From contig NW_021833936.1 in NCBI RefSeq assembly GCF_006345805.1, positions 1 through 64,000 of the forward strand: 64,000 nt of DNA, given 5' to 3'. The position numbers and the translations under genes were made by a program. Shown here one piece after another: positions 13,560 to 26,419 of this stretch (position 1 is the first letter of the stretch; each line of letters starts with the position of its first letter). The notes under the pieces were generated by a model. It searched no databases, was not told the origin of the DNA, and saw nothing but the letters and a program-made list of their open reading frames with translations. The stretch is from Octopus sinensis (Eukaryota).

Positions 13560-13642
13560 GTTGAATTTTCTGCTGCTTAAATAAAGCATATTACTCTACC
13601 ACTGGTATTTGAGTACTCTTTTTTTCCACCTTATTTCACATT

Positions 13643-13677
<35 letters not shown>

Positions 13678-13706
13678 TATATATATATATAGATAGATAG
13701 ATAGAT

Positions 13707-13741
<35 letters not shown>

Positions 13742-14156
13742 GATAGATAGATAGATAGATAGATAGATATAAATAGATAGATAGATAGATAGATAATCAC
13801 ATAATTCACATAACTGTAGTGTTTAAACGACAGGAGTAGTGGTTTTCATCCGAGAAAGATGCCTTTAAAGAGGTGTTGAAAAAAAAAATACCCAGTGTTC
13901 TTCAGATCGAAGTAAAACGTCTTTAAATGTATCTATCCCGATCGAAAAAAACACCTAAGATCCTAGCGTTTAAGCAACACACGTATGTTAAATAGGTGGT
14001 TTTAGTAATATTTACATTATTATGCTGCTTCTAACGCATAATTTGAATTTATTCATCTTATGCAGCGCAATGTATATAGATATATAATTTTTTAGACATT
14101 TTTTTTCCTGACGCAGTCACAATATTTGAAAATAAATTTCACAAGCAAAAATTAGA

Positions 14157-14545
14157 GGTGGCTGTGTGGTAAAACGCTTGCCTCCCAATCTCATGGTTCC
14201 GGATTCAGTCCCACTGTGTGGCACCTTGGCCAAGAGCCATTTCCTACAGCCTCGGGTTGACCAAATCTTTGTGAGTAGATTTTGTAGAAAGAAACTGAAT
14301 GAAGCCTGTTGTATATACATATGTATTTATCTATGTTTGTGTCTTTGTGTCTGTGTTTGCCCCCGCCCCCCACAACCGCTTGACAACCGGTGTTGGTGTG
14401 TTTACGTCACGTAACATAGCGGTTCTACAAAAGAGACTGATAGACAATAGTACCAAGATTAAAGAAAAAACATTGGACTAGAAATTCTTCAAGGCAGTGC
14501 CCCAGCATAACCGCAGTCTAACAACTGAAGTAAAAGATAAAAGAT
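14157..14545 (+). mobile_element. SINE family B, diverged
   Basis: gtggctgtgtggtaaaacgcttg ... ccttggccaagagcc ... gaagtaaaagataaaagata. Confidence 0.85.
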
Positions 14546-14654
14546 ACTAAAACAAATTCATTTAAAAAAGAAGTTGACAAAGACCCGATGGAAGAAAGTT
14601 TGATGGAACGTGTGTCCGAAAAGCTGACTACACTCCACTCCTACGTGATTGTGA

Positions 14655-15039
14655 GTGGAGGCGCAATGGCCCAGTGGTTAGGGCAGCGGACTCGCGGTCA
14701 TAGGATCGCGGTTTCGATTCCCAGACCGGGCGTTGTGAGTGTTTATTGAGCGAAAACACCTAAAAGTTCCACGAGGCTCCGGCAGGGGATGGTGGTGATC
14801 CCTGCTGTACTCTTTCACCACAACTTTTTCTCACTCTTCTTTCCTGTTTCTGTTGTACCTGTATTTCAAAGGGCCGGCCTTGTCACACTCTGTGTCACGC
14901 TGAATATCCCCGAGAACTACGTTAAGGGTACACGTGTCTGTGGAGTGCTCAGCCACTTACACGTTAATTTCACGAGCAGCCTGTTCCGTTGATTCGGATC
15001 AACCGGAACCCTCGTCGTCGTAACCGACGGAGTGCTTCC
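14655..15039 (+). mobile_element. SINE family C, module X
   Basis: gtggaggcgcaatggcccagtggttagg (A box), ggtttcgattccc (B box); imperfect TSD acgtgattgWgagt. Confidence 0.95.
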
Positions 15040-15322
15040 CCCACGTGATTGAGAGTATGCTGTGACCTGTTCTAACTGCCGCCTGGTGTTATGATATTAC
15101 TTGAATACGCCTCTAGATCATCAACAAAAGGATATGACTAATATTAATTTTCCACATTTCTGCAGATTCTAACATGTAGTTTTGACATCTGACTTAACAA
15201 AGTCAACAAGGAATTCACTCTCAGGACAAACATTACAGAGAAAGTATCATCTGATTATTCCCGTTGATAATCTAATTCTTTTTGTAACTATAGTAGTTGC
15301 TTCAACTCTTAGTGGTAGCTAA

Positions 15323-15724
15323 TCTTTACTCTTTACTCTTTTACTTGTTTCAGTCATTTGACTGCGGCCATGCTGGAGCACCGCCTTTAGTCGAGCAAAT
15401 CGACCCCAGGACTTATTCTTTGTAATCCCAGTACTTATTCTATCGGTCTCTTTTGCCGAACCGCTAAGTGACGGCGACGTAAACACACCAGCATCGGTTG
15501 TCAAGCAATGCTAGGGGGACAAACACAGACACACAATCATATATATATACATACATATATACGACGGGCTTCTTTCAGTTTCCGTCTACCAAATCCACTC
15601 ACAAGGCTTTGGTTGGCCCGAGGCTATAGTAGAAGACACTTGCCCAAGATGCGACGCAGTGGGACTGAACCCGGAACCATGTGGTTGGTAAGCAAGCTAC
15701 TTACCACACAGCCACTCCTGCGCC
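15323..15724 (-). mobile_element. SINE family B, full length
   Basis: Reverse complement of the 10374 copy. Confidence 0.95.
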
Positions 15725-16001
15725 TATGTTGTAATCTATCATTTAGTTGCCTCGATTAAAACAGATGAAACCATGGCGTGGCGAGGCTAAGCGACGATAG
15801 TGTCTATGAGTGAGGGACATGGTTAAACACTTTATTATATTCTAATCAGTCAAGGCGTCATCAACTTGCAGTTTTGTTTCCTCCGAAATAGCTTTATTAA
15901 TCAGGAGCTGATCGGCACAGCTCCAAACTCCTTTCAATTGCCTGTTTATCAGTCACCACATCCTAGAAAAATACACTAAATCAAACTGTATACAGTCAAA
16001 T

Positions 16002-16380
16002 GTGGAGGCGCAATGACCTAGTGGTTAGGGCAGCGGACTCGCGGTCATAGGATCGCGGTTTCGATTCCCAGACCAGGCGTTGTGAGTGTTTATTGAGCGA
16101 AAACACCTCCACGAGGCTCCGGCAGGGAATGGTGGTGATCCCTGCTGTACTCTTTCACCACAACTTTCTCTCACTCTTACTTCCTGTTTCTGTTGTACCT
16201 GTATTTCAAAGGGCCGGCCTTGTCACTCTCTGTGTCACGCTGAATATCCCCGAGAACTACGTTAAGGGTGCACGTGTCTGTGGAGTGCTCAGCCACTTAC
16301 ACGTTCATTTCACGAGCAGGCTGTTCCGTTGATTCGGATCAACCGGAACCCTCATCGTCGTAACCGACGGAGTGATTCCA
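16002..16380 (+). mobile_element. SINE family C, module X
   Basis: TSD atacagtcaaat on both sides. Confidence 0.95.
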
Positions 16381-16559
16381 CATACAGTCAAATAATTACT
16401 GCATCATCCTCAACAGATTCATTGGTTTAACAATTAAGAAAAGTGTTCAATCCAGCAACTAGCAGTCTATGTTCTTTAGGCAACAAAATACGTCATCATC
16501 AACTACTAGAAAATCAAGGCAAGATCTTCCAAAGAGTGATATTTTAAAGACTTGGTATA

Positions 16560-16715
16560 AATATTTTATAGCCTTGTAGTAAACAAGCGTAGATTCTACT
16601 GCTCAGAGAGTTCACTGCACAGTAATGTATAAAGAGTGTCATGTTTTGCAAACAAGAGTCTCTGAACCTCGGCATTAGTTTCATTAAACCAGTCCCAATG
16701 GCTGACAGCAGCATA
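16560..16715 (-). mobile_element. RTE-clade LINE fragment
   Basis: Translates HWDWFNETNAEVQRLLFAKH, matching the RTE HQDWFDEN.EIQ.LL motif. Confidence 0.55.
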
Positions 16716-16884
16716 CATACACACATACATATATACGTGCATACATGTACGTATAGATACAAACATACTTGCGTATGAGCGTACGAACACATACGTACAC
16801 ACACACTCACACACATATATATATATACATAACATACATACATACATACATACACATACATATATATATACATACATACATATA

Positions 16885-16976
<92 letters not shown>

Positions 16977-17244
16977 AACAGTGTGCTACCATTTTTGACC
17001 CCCGCTAAATCCCAATTTTATTTACTTGCTTTGCGGGAGCAATGTTTATCGAAAGCGTATATTGTTGTTAAATGCTCGAAATACGAGACTAGAAAAACAC
17101 CCAACAACTGATGAAGGTTCGTTCTTTGTGTTGTTTTCCATTTGTGTCTTTCGTGTTCAAAAGAATAGTTCATGTTCCATGTACTCGTGATTCATACTTT
17201 TGTGTTGTACACGTTTCATGACGTTCTGTGCCCATATATGCATA

Positions 17245-17284
<40 letters not shown>

Positions 17285-17629
17285 TATATACATTACGATA
17301 GATTGAACGGCACGCACACTTCTTCCAAGTATATTTTATCTTAATAATTCTGATGCGCACGCTATACGATCTTATTCTCTCTTTTCTCTTGCTATTCTTT
17401 TACCTCCTCTTCTCCCACTATTATCTATCCTATTACTCTGTCACTCTCTCTTCCTCACTTCTCCTCCCTTGCTCACGTAGCTCCCACGTGACCATCGGTC
17501 ATCTTTCTTCTCTCCGTTGTAGCTGAAACAAGGAGGAAGACGTACTCTTGTTTGTCTCTGTCCTATATAAACGTATAGATGTTGTACATATACGTATGTA
17601 TATATATGCATATATATATAATATATATT

Positions 17630-17666
<37 letters not shown>

Positions 17667-17906
17667 GTTTGTATGTATACATACATAGATATATATATGC
17701 ACATATACATACACATATATACATACACACACATACACAGTCACATATAAATGCATATATGTTGTACATGTGCGCGCGTTTGTGCGTGTGTGCGTATGCA
17801 TATACGACACACGTACGTTTCCTATTCTTCTGAGTATGTGTATGTGTGTATTCTAATGAATTACATTTGTCTGTTATACTACATACATTATATATATATA
17901 TATATA

Positions 17907-17953
<47 letters not shown>

Positions 17954-18321
17954 TATAAATACTATATATATATATATATATATATAAATATATATATACA
18001 TATATATATACATATATAAATATATATACATATATATATATGTATGTAATATATATACATATATTATATATACATATATATATATGGGTATAATCTATGT
18101 ATTATATATATATTGTCCATACATACCTCCTCTCTCTTTCTTAGTCTCTTTCCTTAGTCTCTTTCTTTCTTTCTCTCTCTCTCTCTCTCGGGTCCTTGTT
18201 TCCTTCTGAGTGTGTCTGTGTATGTGTATTCGTATATACATCTGTATATATGATTTTGTGTAAATATATGTGTGTAAAAATATGATGCATGCACGCACGT
18301 GATCTTTTGTTATAGCAAATA

Positions 18322-18389
<68 letters not shown>

Positions 18390-19214
18390 TATACATCAGG
18401 TTTGTAAGAATGTGATCTTGTTTGTATGTATATGTATATGCCTTTACGTTTAAATGTTTGTGTAGACGTATGATGTAGTATCCCTGTATGTATGAAGAAA
18501 GGCATGCAATCATGTATGTATTTGACTTTGCGTGTGTGTGTGTGTGTATGTGTGTGTGTGCGTGTGTGTGTGTGTGTGTGCGCGTATGTACAGATGCGTG
18601 CATATATGTAATCTTGCTTTCTTCCATAATTAAATAGAAATTCAGTAAAGGAAATAAGAGCAGAAACGAGAACCAGAAACAAAAAACAACAACAAAAAAC
18701 AACAACAACAAAAAAGAACAATAACGGCATTATCAACATTATCAACATCAACAGTAATAATAACAACAACAACAACAATAACAACAAGCAACAAAATACC
18801 AAAAGCAAAAAAAAACAGAAAGACGAAAAAGAAAAAATTAAAAAGAATTAAACGAAAAACCTAAAAATAAGTCAAAATGTAGAAACAGTGAAGTGGAATT
18901 GTCAAAACATCTAAGGACTATTTTGTTGTTGTTGTTGTTGTTTTGTTGTTGTTGTGTTGTGTTGCTGTTGCTGTTCTTGTTGGTGTTGTTGTTTTTGACA
19001 TTTTCTATCTGCTTTAAACCGGTTGTGATAAAACTGGAAAGATAAATCAATATTTCACACTGTTAGATATCATGGGTAAAACCTGAAGACAATACGAGAA
19101 AACTTCGCCAATATCACTTGTATTTTAGACACACTATAGATGCTCCTATAGGTTATTCTGCTCATGCGCATACACGTATGCGTGTACGTATATGAAAGCC
19201 TAAGTATGCGAGTA

Positions 19215-19251
<37 letters not shown>

Positions 19252-19258
19252 GTAACTG

Positions 19259-19339
<81 letters not shown>

Positions 19340-19364
19340 TGAAATATACATATATGTGTGTATG

Positions 19365-19396
<32 letters not shown>

Positions 19397-19614
19397 GTTG
19401 TGTGTGTGTGTGTGTTTATATATATTCCTTCTTCCCTTCTTTCCTGAGCGTCCAATAATACTTTATTTGTCCCACATCCTCGCGTTGTTGTCTTTTTGTT
19501 TTCTTGTTTGGATTAACTTTATATATATATATATACATGTTTTTATATATATATATATATATATACATACATACATACGCGCGCACGCACACACGCACAT
19601 ATACAGATAGATAG

Positions 19615-19702
<88 letters not shown>

Positions 19703-19849
19703 CCCGTTTACCATTAGCTGTCGGAAAAAATAGTACACAATACCATGTAGTGATTAATATTTTATTTTGATCGAGTCAGGTTAGCCTGAAGACCCTTAAT
19801 GCCTAAGGTGAAACTGAGACTAGCAAGAGGCTGGTTCGACCAAAATAAC

Positions 19850-19897
<48 letters not shown>

Positions 19898-20213
19898 CTG
19901 GTGCCGTACTGGTATTATTAATTCTTTTTTAAACTTACATTCTTTTAGCATAAAAAGTTTTAATCGTATCTTAGATAATGAAATCTATACTTATTTTTTT
20001 TCGACGATGATCATTTCAATGCATGTAAATGGCTTCCCCAATAAACTTGCATTTCGTTTTAGAAGCTCCGAGGAAGCTATAAGGTGATGCTGAATCACGT
20101 ATCTCTGAGTGCACTGCGTCCTATAGCAGAAACACCTGTAAACCAAGGACGTTCATTGCATAATTTCCTGTTCCTTTGTATTTTGTTTAATTTCGTATAC
20201 ATATATATCTACA

Positions 20214-21527
20214 TATACGTGGTGTGGTCAAAAATATATCCGCATTGTTGCCATAGTAGGAGTGGCTCTGTGGTAAGTATCTTGCTTACCAACCACATGG
20301 TTCCGTGTTCAGTCCCACTTCTACTATAGCCTTGGGCTGACCAATGCCTTGTAAGTGGATTTGGTTGGCGGAAACGGAAAAAGCCCGTCGTATGTGTGTG
20401 TGTGTGTGTGTGTGTGTGTCTATGTGTGTGTGTGTGTGTGTGTGTTTGTGTGTGTGTGTATGTTTGCGTGTCTGTGTTTGTCCCCTCCCCAAGATCGCTT
20501 GACAACCGATGCTGGTGTGTTTACGTCCTTGTAACCTAGCGGTTCGGCAAAAGAGACCGATAGAGTAAGTACTAGGCTTACAAAGAATAAGTCCTGGGGT
20601 CGATGTGCTCGACTAAAGGCGGTGCTCCAGCATGGCCACAGTCAAATGACTGAAACAAGTAAAAGAGAGTATTGTAACAACGCTGAAGCACGCAGAATGA
20701 AGCCGCTTTGGCTCAGATTGACCTTAAACTCTGATGTGCATGCACACTAAGTTTTAACGGTCTAGCTCACTTCTGCAGTTTACAGCAATGCTTGAAAGGA
20801 ACGTGTGTAGTGTGTGATCGTCTTATTGACCATAACAGAGAAAGTTGGGCAGAGAATCTGCATCAAATTTTGCCAAAAGCATGGTGATATCAGCTCAGAG
20901 GCCTGAGTTTTCAAAGTTTTCAAAAAGTTTTCATCGTTCTTGACACAATCAACGAGATATTGTGCAACTAAAACCTCAGAGACCTTTTGGTTAACTGAAA
21001 GCAGTTTTGGCACAAACTTGGCAGATACGCTTCTCATAACTCAAAACCTCAATGATAATGGATTGAACTGAACCGTAACTAATCTGCACATCCTTTGATA
21101 ACTTACGGATGGTGATTCGACGATTTTCCCTCACAACTGCACCACATCTCCGATATTTTTCTCATTTCTGCTGGTTGCGAGTCTCCTAGATCGTTCATCA
21201 ATATCAACATTTTTTCGGCCATCTTGGAAATGTCTGAATCACTCCTACACTTCTGTACAGTTCATACACTTCTCTCCATACATTTACTGCAATTTTGCGT
21301 AGGCCTCTGAACAAGTATCGCCATGACAACTTTCTCTGTCATGGTCAATGCGACGATCATACGCTACACACCTTCCTTCTAAGCACTGCTGTAAACAGCA
21401 GAAGTGAGCTAGAATGTTAAAACTTAGGACGCATGCATAGCAGAGTTCAAGGTCAATCTTTGCCAAGTGGCTTCACTCTTCGTTACTATGGCAACAGTCC
21501 GGATATTTATTGATCAGACCTCTTATA
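20214..21527. mobile_element. Non-autonomous mariner with two inverted 5' ends, interrupted by a SINE
   Basis: Right TIR reverse complement tataagaggtctgatcaataaatatccggac; left TIR tatacgtggtgtggtcaaaaatatatccgca. Minus strand gives VSAKFVPKLL...VKNDENFLK; plus strand gives TEKVGQRICIKFCQKHG. Confidence 0.8.
20258..20668 (+). mobile_element. SINE family B inserted in the left mariner arm
   Basis: Family B head, internal (TG)n and tail. Confidence 0.9.
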
Positions 21528-21594
21528 TGTACGTTGTGTGTATGTCTCCTCTGTGTAAAAGCCCGAGTGCTTAATAAAAGAAAATAGTTGACAG

Positions 21595-23839
21595 ATTCTT
21601 TTTCAATTCCGTTTCATCACTTGTGATCCCTGTAAGACGTGAGTGACATTGTTAATTACTTGTTGGAGGTCTCCTCTCGTGGGTGTTCCTACGATTATTG
21701 ATTGCTGAAATTACTGTTACTGTTGTTTGCATACGATATTGTTAAATTGTGTTTGTTTTCGTCCCATTCATCGGGTGAGATGGAACAAGTACCAGCAAAA
21801 AGCCACAGTTATGCGGCAGCAACTAGCAGAGGAGTGGACTCTGACCTTTAGAAGTTCGTGAGGTGGAGGTAGAACCGAAGAAGCTAAAAGAGTGTGAAAA
21901 GTTATTGAAAAGAGAAGGCAATACTTTAAAATTAACACCACCAGATGAACTAACGAACATTGTGACAAAAAGAACTATAATATTTAAAACATTGAAGCAG
22001 TCATCGAGAAAAATCGAAATTGCAACTATCGAAGCTATTGAAGAGTGCTTAAAAGAAATTAAGAAGTTCACCACTTTTATCATAAGAGGAAGACCGTATG
22101 GCATAGTGAAGGTGCGATTCGTGACTGAAGACGAAGCAATAAAGCACTCCACTGTAGCCATAAAAATAACAAAATGTTTACTTTTGCCAACTTACTGTGG
22201 CAAGCATGTTGCCAGGGTAAGAGTAAGAAAAATACCCCCAGAAATAAATGAAACATGGTTGGTAGCAGTCATAATGTTTAACATGGAGGAAGATGCCAAA
22301 ATACTTAAAGTGACGGGAACCAAAAGGTTAAATTGATGGGGTTGTGGTATAAAGATGGCCATACAAGCAAGTTTAAGTGATCTAAACAGGATTGCAGACG
22401 AAATAGTTTTACCCGAGGATGTGAAGCTGAGAGTGGTAGGCCTCCCATATGCTACCTATGTGGAGAGAAAGGCCATATGAAGTGAGAGAGAAGAGCAGGA
22501 ACAACAGATGGAATGGTCTGAGAAGCAGGAGAGGGTGAACGAAGTGGTACAGGGTGATGTGAAAGAGACGGCAATAACAGAGGAAGCATTCACAGTAGTT
22601 AAAAACGAAAAAGAAAAGAGAGAGTTAGCTCTCCACCGGAGAGGCAGAAAAATAAAAAAAGAATTAGATAAGGAGATTGAAGAAGAGCTCTAGGAGGAGC
22701 TTGAGAAAGAGGAGAAGTAGCAAGGTTACTAGCTATACCAGTGAAGGAGGAAGATTTAGGCGGTGTAGATAGACAACAGCATGAACGTGAAACAGCGACA
22801 TTAACCAAAATGGAGGACGATAAAGATAAAGAGAGAAGGCACCAAGAGTGGAGCAAGGAAAAGGAAAACAAGCGAGAAAGCCGAAAAAGCACAGGTGGAA
22901 TTTCGTTACATACACTAAGAACCCAGTGACTGAAAGAAATATAACGAAGTTTAAATCTATTATAAGGGTTAAGTTGCCTAAGGATATTTACTCGGAAAAT
23001 GTGAAGGCTATCGTAATTGATAAAGGTAGATATAACGGGCTAAAAGAAATGTGTGTAAGTGATTTTGATCCGCCGGCAGTTGTGGTGGAGTTTGATGAAC
23101 TGCCGCCAGTGGTGGAATTAAGAGAACTGGAACCATTTATGAGAAATAAGAAAAAAGTAAGCAAAATAGTTTTTTTAGAAAAAAAAAGAGAAGACAAAAA
23201 CGATGATAATGGGGAAAAAAAACAAAGGAAAAGAAAAGATCATAAACTGTGCGTAAAAACGTTCAACTGGTACTGCATGAGAGTGGGGCTCATGCAGCCA
23301 TTTCTTTTCTTCATTATTATATAACATTTCCTCATTTTCGTTCGTTTTGTATATTTTGTCCCCACTGTGGCGTTCTATCTGTCCTTGTGTTGTCCGCTCC
23401 GTATAAAAGCCTGAGTGGAGGCGCAATGGCCCAGTGGTTAGGGCAGCGGACTCGCGGTCATAGGATCGCGGTTTCGATTCCCAGACCGGGCGTTGTGAGT
23501 GTTTATTGAGCGAAAACACCTAAATGCTCTACGAGGCTCCAGCAGGGGATTGTGGTGATCCCTGCTGTACTCTTTCACCACAACTTTCTCTCACTCTTAC
23601 TTCCTGTTTCTGTTATACCTGTATTTCAAAGGGCCGGCCTTGTCACTCTCTGTGTCACGCTGAATATCCCCGGGAACTACGTTAAGGGTACACGTGTCTG
23701 TGGAGTGCTCAGCCACTTACACGTTAATTTCACGAGCAGGCTGTTCCGTTGATTCGGATCAACCGGAACCCTCGTCGTCGTAACCGACGGAGTGCTTCCA
23801 TAAAAGCCTGAGTGCTTAATAAAACAAAATAGTTGACAG
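21595..23839 (+). pseudogene. Decayed gag-like/ORF1 element (RRM-like region + CCHC knuckle), no RT seen
   Basis: ORF 21863-22336 (GRPYGIVKVRF...RVRVRKIPPEINETWLVAVIM), then PICYLCGEKGHMK* near 22445 and a long Lys/Glu-rich tail broken by stops and frameshifts. Confidence 0.7.
23415..23800 (+). mobile_element. SINE family C, module X
   Basis: TSD ataaaagcctgagtg on both sides. Confidence 0.95.
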
Positions 23840-24094
23840 TGGGCAGTTGACAGCGTTGATCGTTCGAATTGGATTACTGTGTTAGTTTGATATCGTACCT
23901 ACGTTTGACGAAGTACGGAGTACGTTCTCCGTGAACATATCAATTCTGCGAAAGGTTATTCTAGATAACCAAATTTATTGGATAATATTTATTTGGATAA
24001 ATAAATTTATTGGATAATATTTATTTGGATAATATCATTCCTACACCCTTGTGCACACCCCCAACGTCGTCATATCATTATTGGCGACGAGGTA

Positions 24095-24401
24095 TTCAAA
24101 ACCACGACATAACATTCTTCTAACCTTGCTCCATCTGACCATTATATTTTCCAGATCACTGCAACATTAATTAGAGAGAAAACAATTTATTAATTATGAA
24201 AAGATTAAAAATGATATTGAGCATTTCTTTGTTTCGAGATCTGAACAATTTTACTCGAGGGATAAAGAATTTGCCAAATAGATAAGATTATATTATCAAT
24301 AATGAGGGGAAATATTATCTTGATTACATATTGTTAATTAAGAGCAAAAATGCGTTTGTTTCCTTCTTGAAATGCAACAGGACTTCTTTCCCGACCTAAT
24401 T
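24095..24401 (+). mobile_element. Mariner transposase 3' remnant with TIR
   Basis: SNLAPSDHYIF (YSPDLAPSD motif), KIKNDIEHFF, IINNEGKY; ends gacttctttcccgacctaat. Confidence 0.75.
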
Positions 24402-24625
24402 TATTCAAATGTAGTTTGTCAACAAAAGAAGAGCTTATTCAGTCCATGTTATAGAGTAAGTTATTTATTTAAAGTGAATTCTATTTCTCGCAACTCGAGA
24501 TTCACTCTCTTCGCGATCTTCAGACAACAGCTTTTTTCCTTTTGTGATCATGCTTAGTTTACTTCATTCTTTCTTTCTATGCAAACTTTAAGGTGAATGT
24601 GTGTGTGTGTGTATACATATTTGTT

Positions 24626-24858
24626 ATTTCTTTATTGCCCACAAGGAACTAAACACAGAGGGGACAAACAAGGACAGACAAACGGATTAAGTCGATTATA
24701 TCGACCCCAGTGCGTAACTGGTACTTAATCTATCGACCCCGAAATGATGAAAGGCAAAGTCGACCTCGGTGGAATTTGAACTCAGAACGTAACAACGGCA
24801 GACGAAATACCACTAAGCATTTCGCCCGGCGTGCTAACGTTTCTGCCAGCTCGCCGCC
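24626..24858 (-). mobile_element. SINE family A (long-tail variant)
   Basis: TSD atacatatttgt on both sides. Confidence 0.9.
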
Positions 24859-24996
24859 TTATACATATTTGTATGCCTGTGTATATGTGTGCGTGCGTAT
24901 GTGAGTTCTCGTATGTGACTGCGTTTTACAAAGAATGGGGCTAGAGACTTTATTTTCGCGTAAAATATTAAAGTGCTCAATTCGCACTCTCATAGA

Positions 24997-25064
<68 letters not shown>

Positions 25065-25546
25065 CCTGTGGCTATTTCCGTGCCATATTTTCACGTTGGC
25101 AAAGAGGTATTTGGACACAACAATCTCTTGCAACGTAACATATAATGTATGACAGAAGTCAAGTGTCACATGATATGCCCTGATATGTTCTTTTGATCTC
25201 ACTTCCCCACAATTTTAGCTTCATTATGAGACCATAATATATTTAAATATGTAGAATTTATTACACAGATAGACACATAAGCACATAAGACATTTGTATA
25301 TATCAGTCTTCTGTAAACTGAGCTTCTCTGGACGCATGCGTCCTTGTGCGATCAGCTGGGTGAGTCCATAAAATGTATTACTGACGGCTTAATCATAAAT
25401 TTTAATCATATTGATTTTATTAGAATTCTGAGATATGGTCGAAGTTTTGTTTATGATTGTTCGTACAAGTTGCTTTACTAAGTATTTCGCATCACTACTG
25501 CATCAAACGTCGGCAGTGAGTCATCTATGTAGCCATGGCTTTTATG

Positions 25547-25619
<73 letters not shown>

Positions 25620-25734
25620 CACGGACACACGCACACTTGCATATACAAATAGATATCGGTAATCAAAGATTCAAGAACGTTCTTATTTCTAAGCCCCAAT
25701 TTTCTTTTAAATATGAAGAGAGATTCTTCTTGAT

Positions 25735-25946
25735 TTTCCAGATTTCCGCGGTGCGTTCATCTCCCACTGGAAGGGACGCCAATCAGTGGTAGAATTAATT
25801 ACTCATTTTTGCTAGCTGAGTGAACTGGAGCAACGTGAAATAAAATGTTTTGTTCAAGAACAAAACGCGTCGCCCGGTCCAGGAATCGAAACCACAATCT
25901 TAAGATCATGAGTTCAACATCCTAACCACTAAGTCACGCGCCTTCA
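25735..25946 (-). mobile_element. SINE with head D joined to 3' module Y, diverged
   Basis: Head D/CORE-like part matches 11960-12097; the downstream gattggcgtcccttccag matches 54990-55030. Confidence 0.7.
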
Positions 25947-25961
25947 CTAAAAGTATGAAAG

Positions 25962-26105
25962 TATAAGGTTGTCCCAAAGTTCGTAGAAAGTCTTGGAAAA
26001 TAATGGTCTTTATTTTGAGGAATAATTTTTGTTGTTTTTGTTAGTACTTGGCGAGTAAAAATTCAATTTTCGCAAGTGTTTACGAACTTTTGGGACAACC
26101 TAATA
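25962..26105. mobile_element. Tc1/mariner-type MITE
   Basis: TIRs taaggttgtcccaaagttcgta / tacgaacttttgggacaaccta flanked by TA. Confidence 0.8.
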
Positions 26106-26419
26106 TTTACGATTATATGTCGCGTTCTAAAAATAACACAACCGTAAGAATTAAAATATTAAACATGAGCGCTTATGAAATTGTTGTCAAAATATGAATC
26201 AGTACAACATTAATATAAAGATCAGCAACAAGTAGCACTTAAAGTGAGGGTTTCGTACTAGTATTGTTCAAATGTCCATTCGACTGTTTTGCACCAGAAT
26301 AAACATGTGTTTATTGTCGATTCTTTGTAAAACAATGAGAATTAAAGAAATGTCGACATTACACAATAAGTCGATTAGCTTAAATAGAAATCTGAAGTCG
26401 TTAGAAAACGATGATTATG

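Larger units (their letters stand above)
13426..13645. mobile_element. Penelope-like pseudo-LTR remnant with inverted duplication (palindrome 13426-13591)
   Basis: Arms 13426-13506 and 13512-13591 differ by one mismatch and one indel; each holds a hammerhead motif; AATAAA follows the + copy; 3' flank shared with 54583-54645. Confidence 0.7.

Noticed and set aside
14655-14735. tRNA-like sequences at SINE heads
   Set aside because: A and B boxes are present but there is no complete acceptor stem, and each continues into a SINE body, so they are not tRNA genes.
17020-17130. gagca...tgctc-GAAA and a separate ctgatga, suggesting a hammerhead
   Set aside because: The core upstream of the stem is too degenerate, and the ctgatga has no matching stem II or GAAA.
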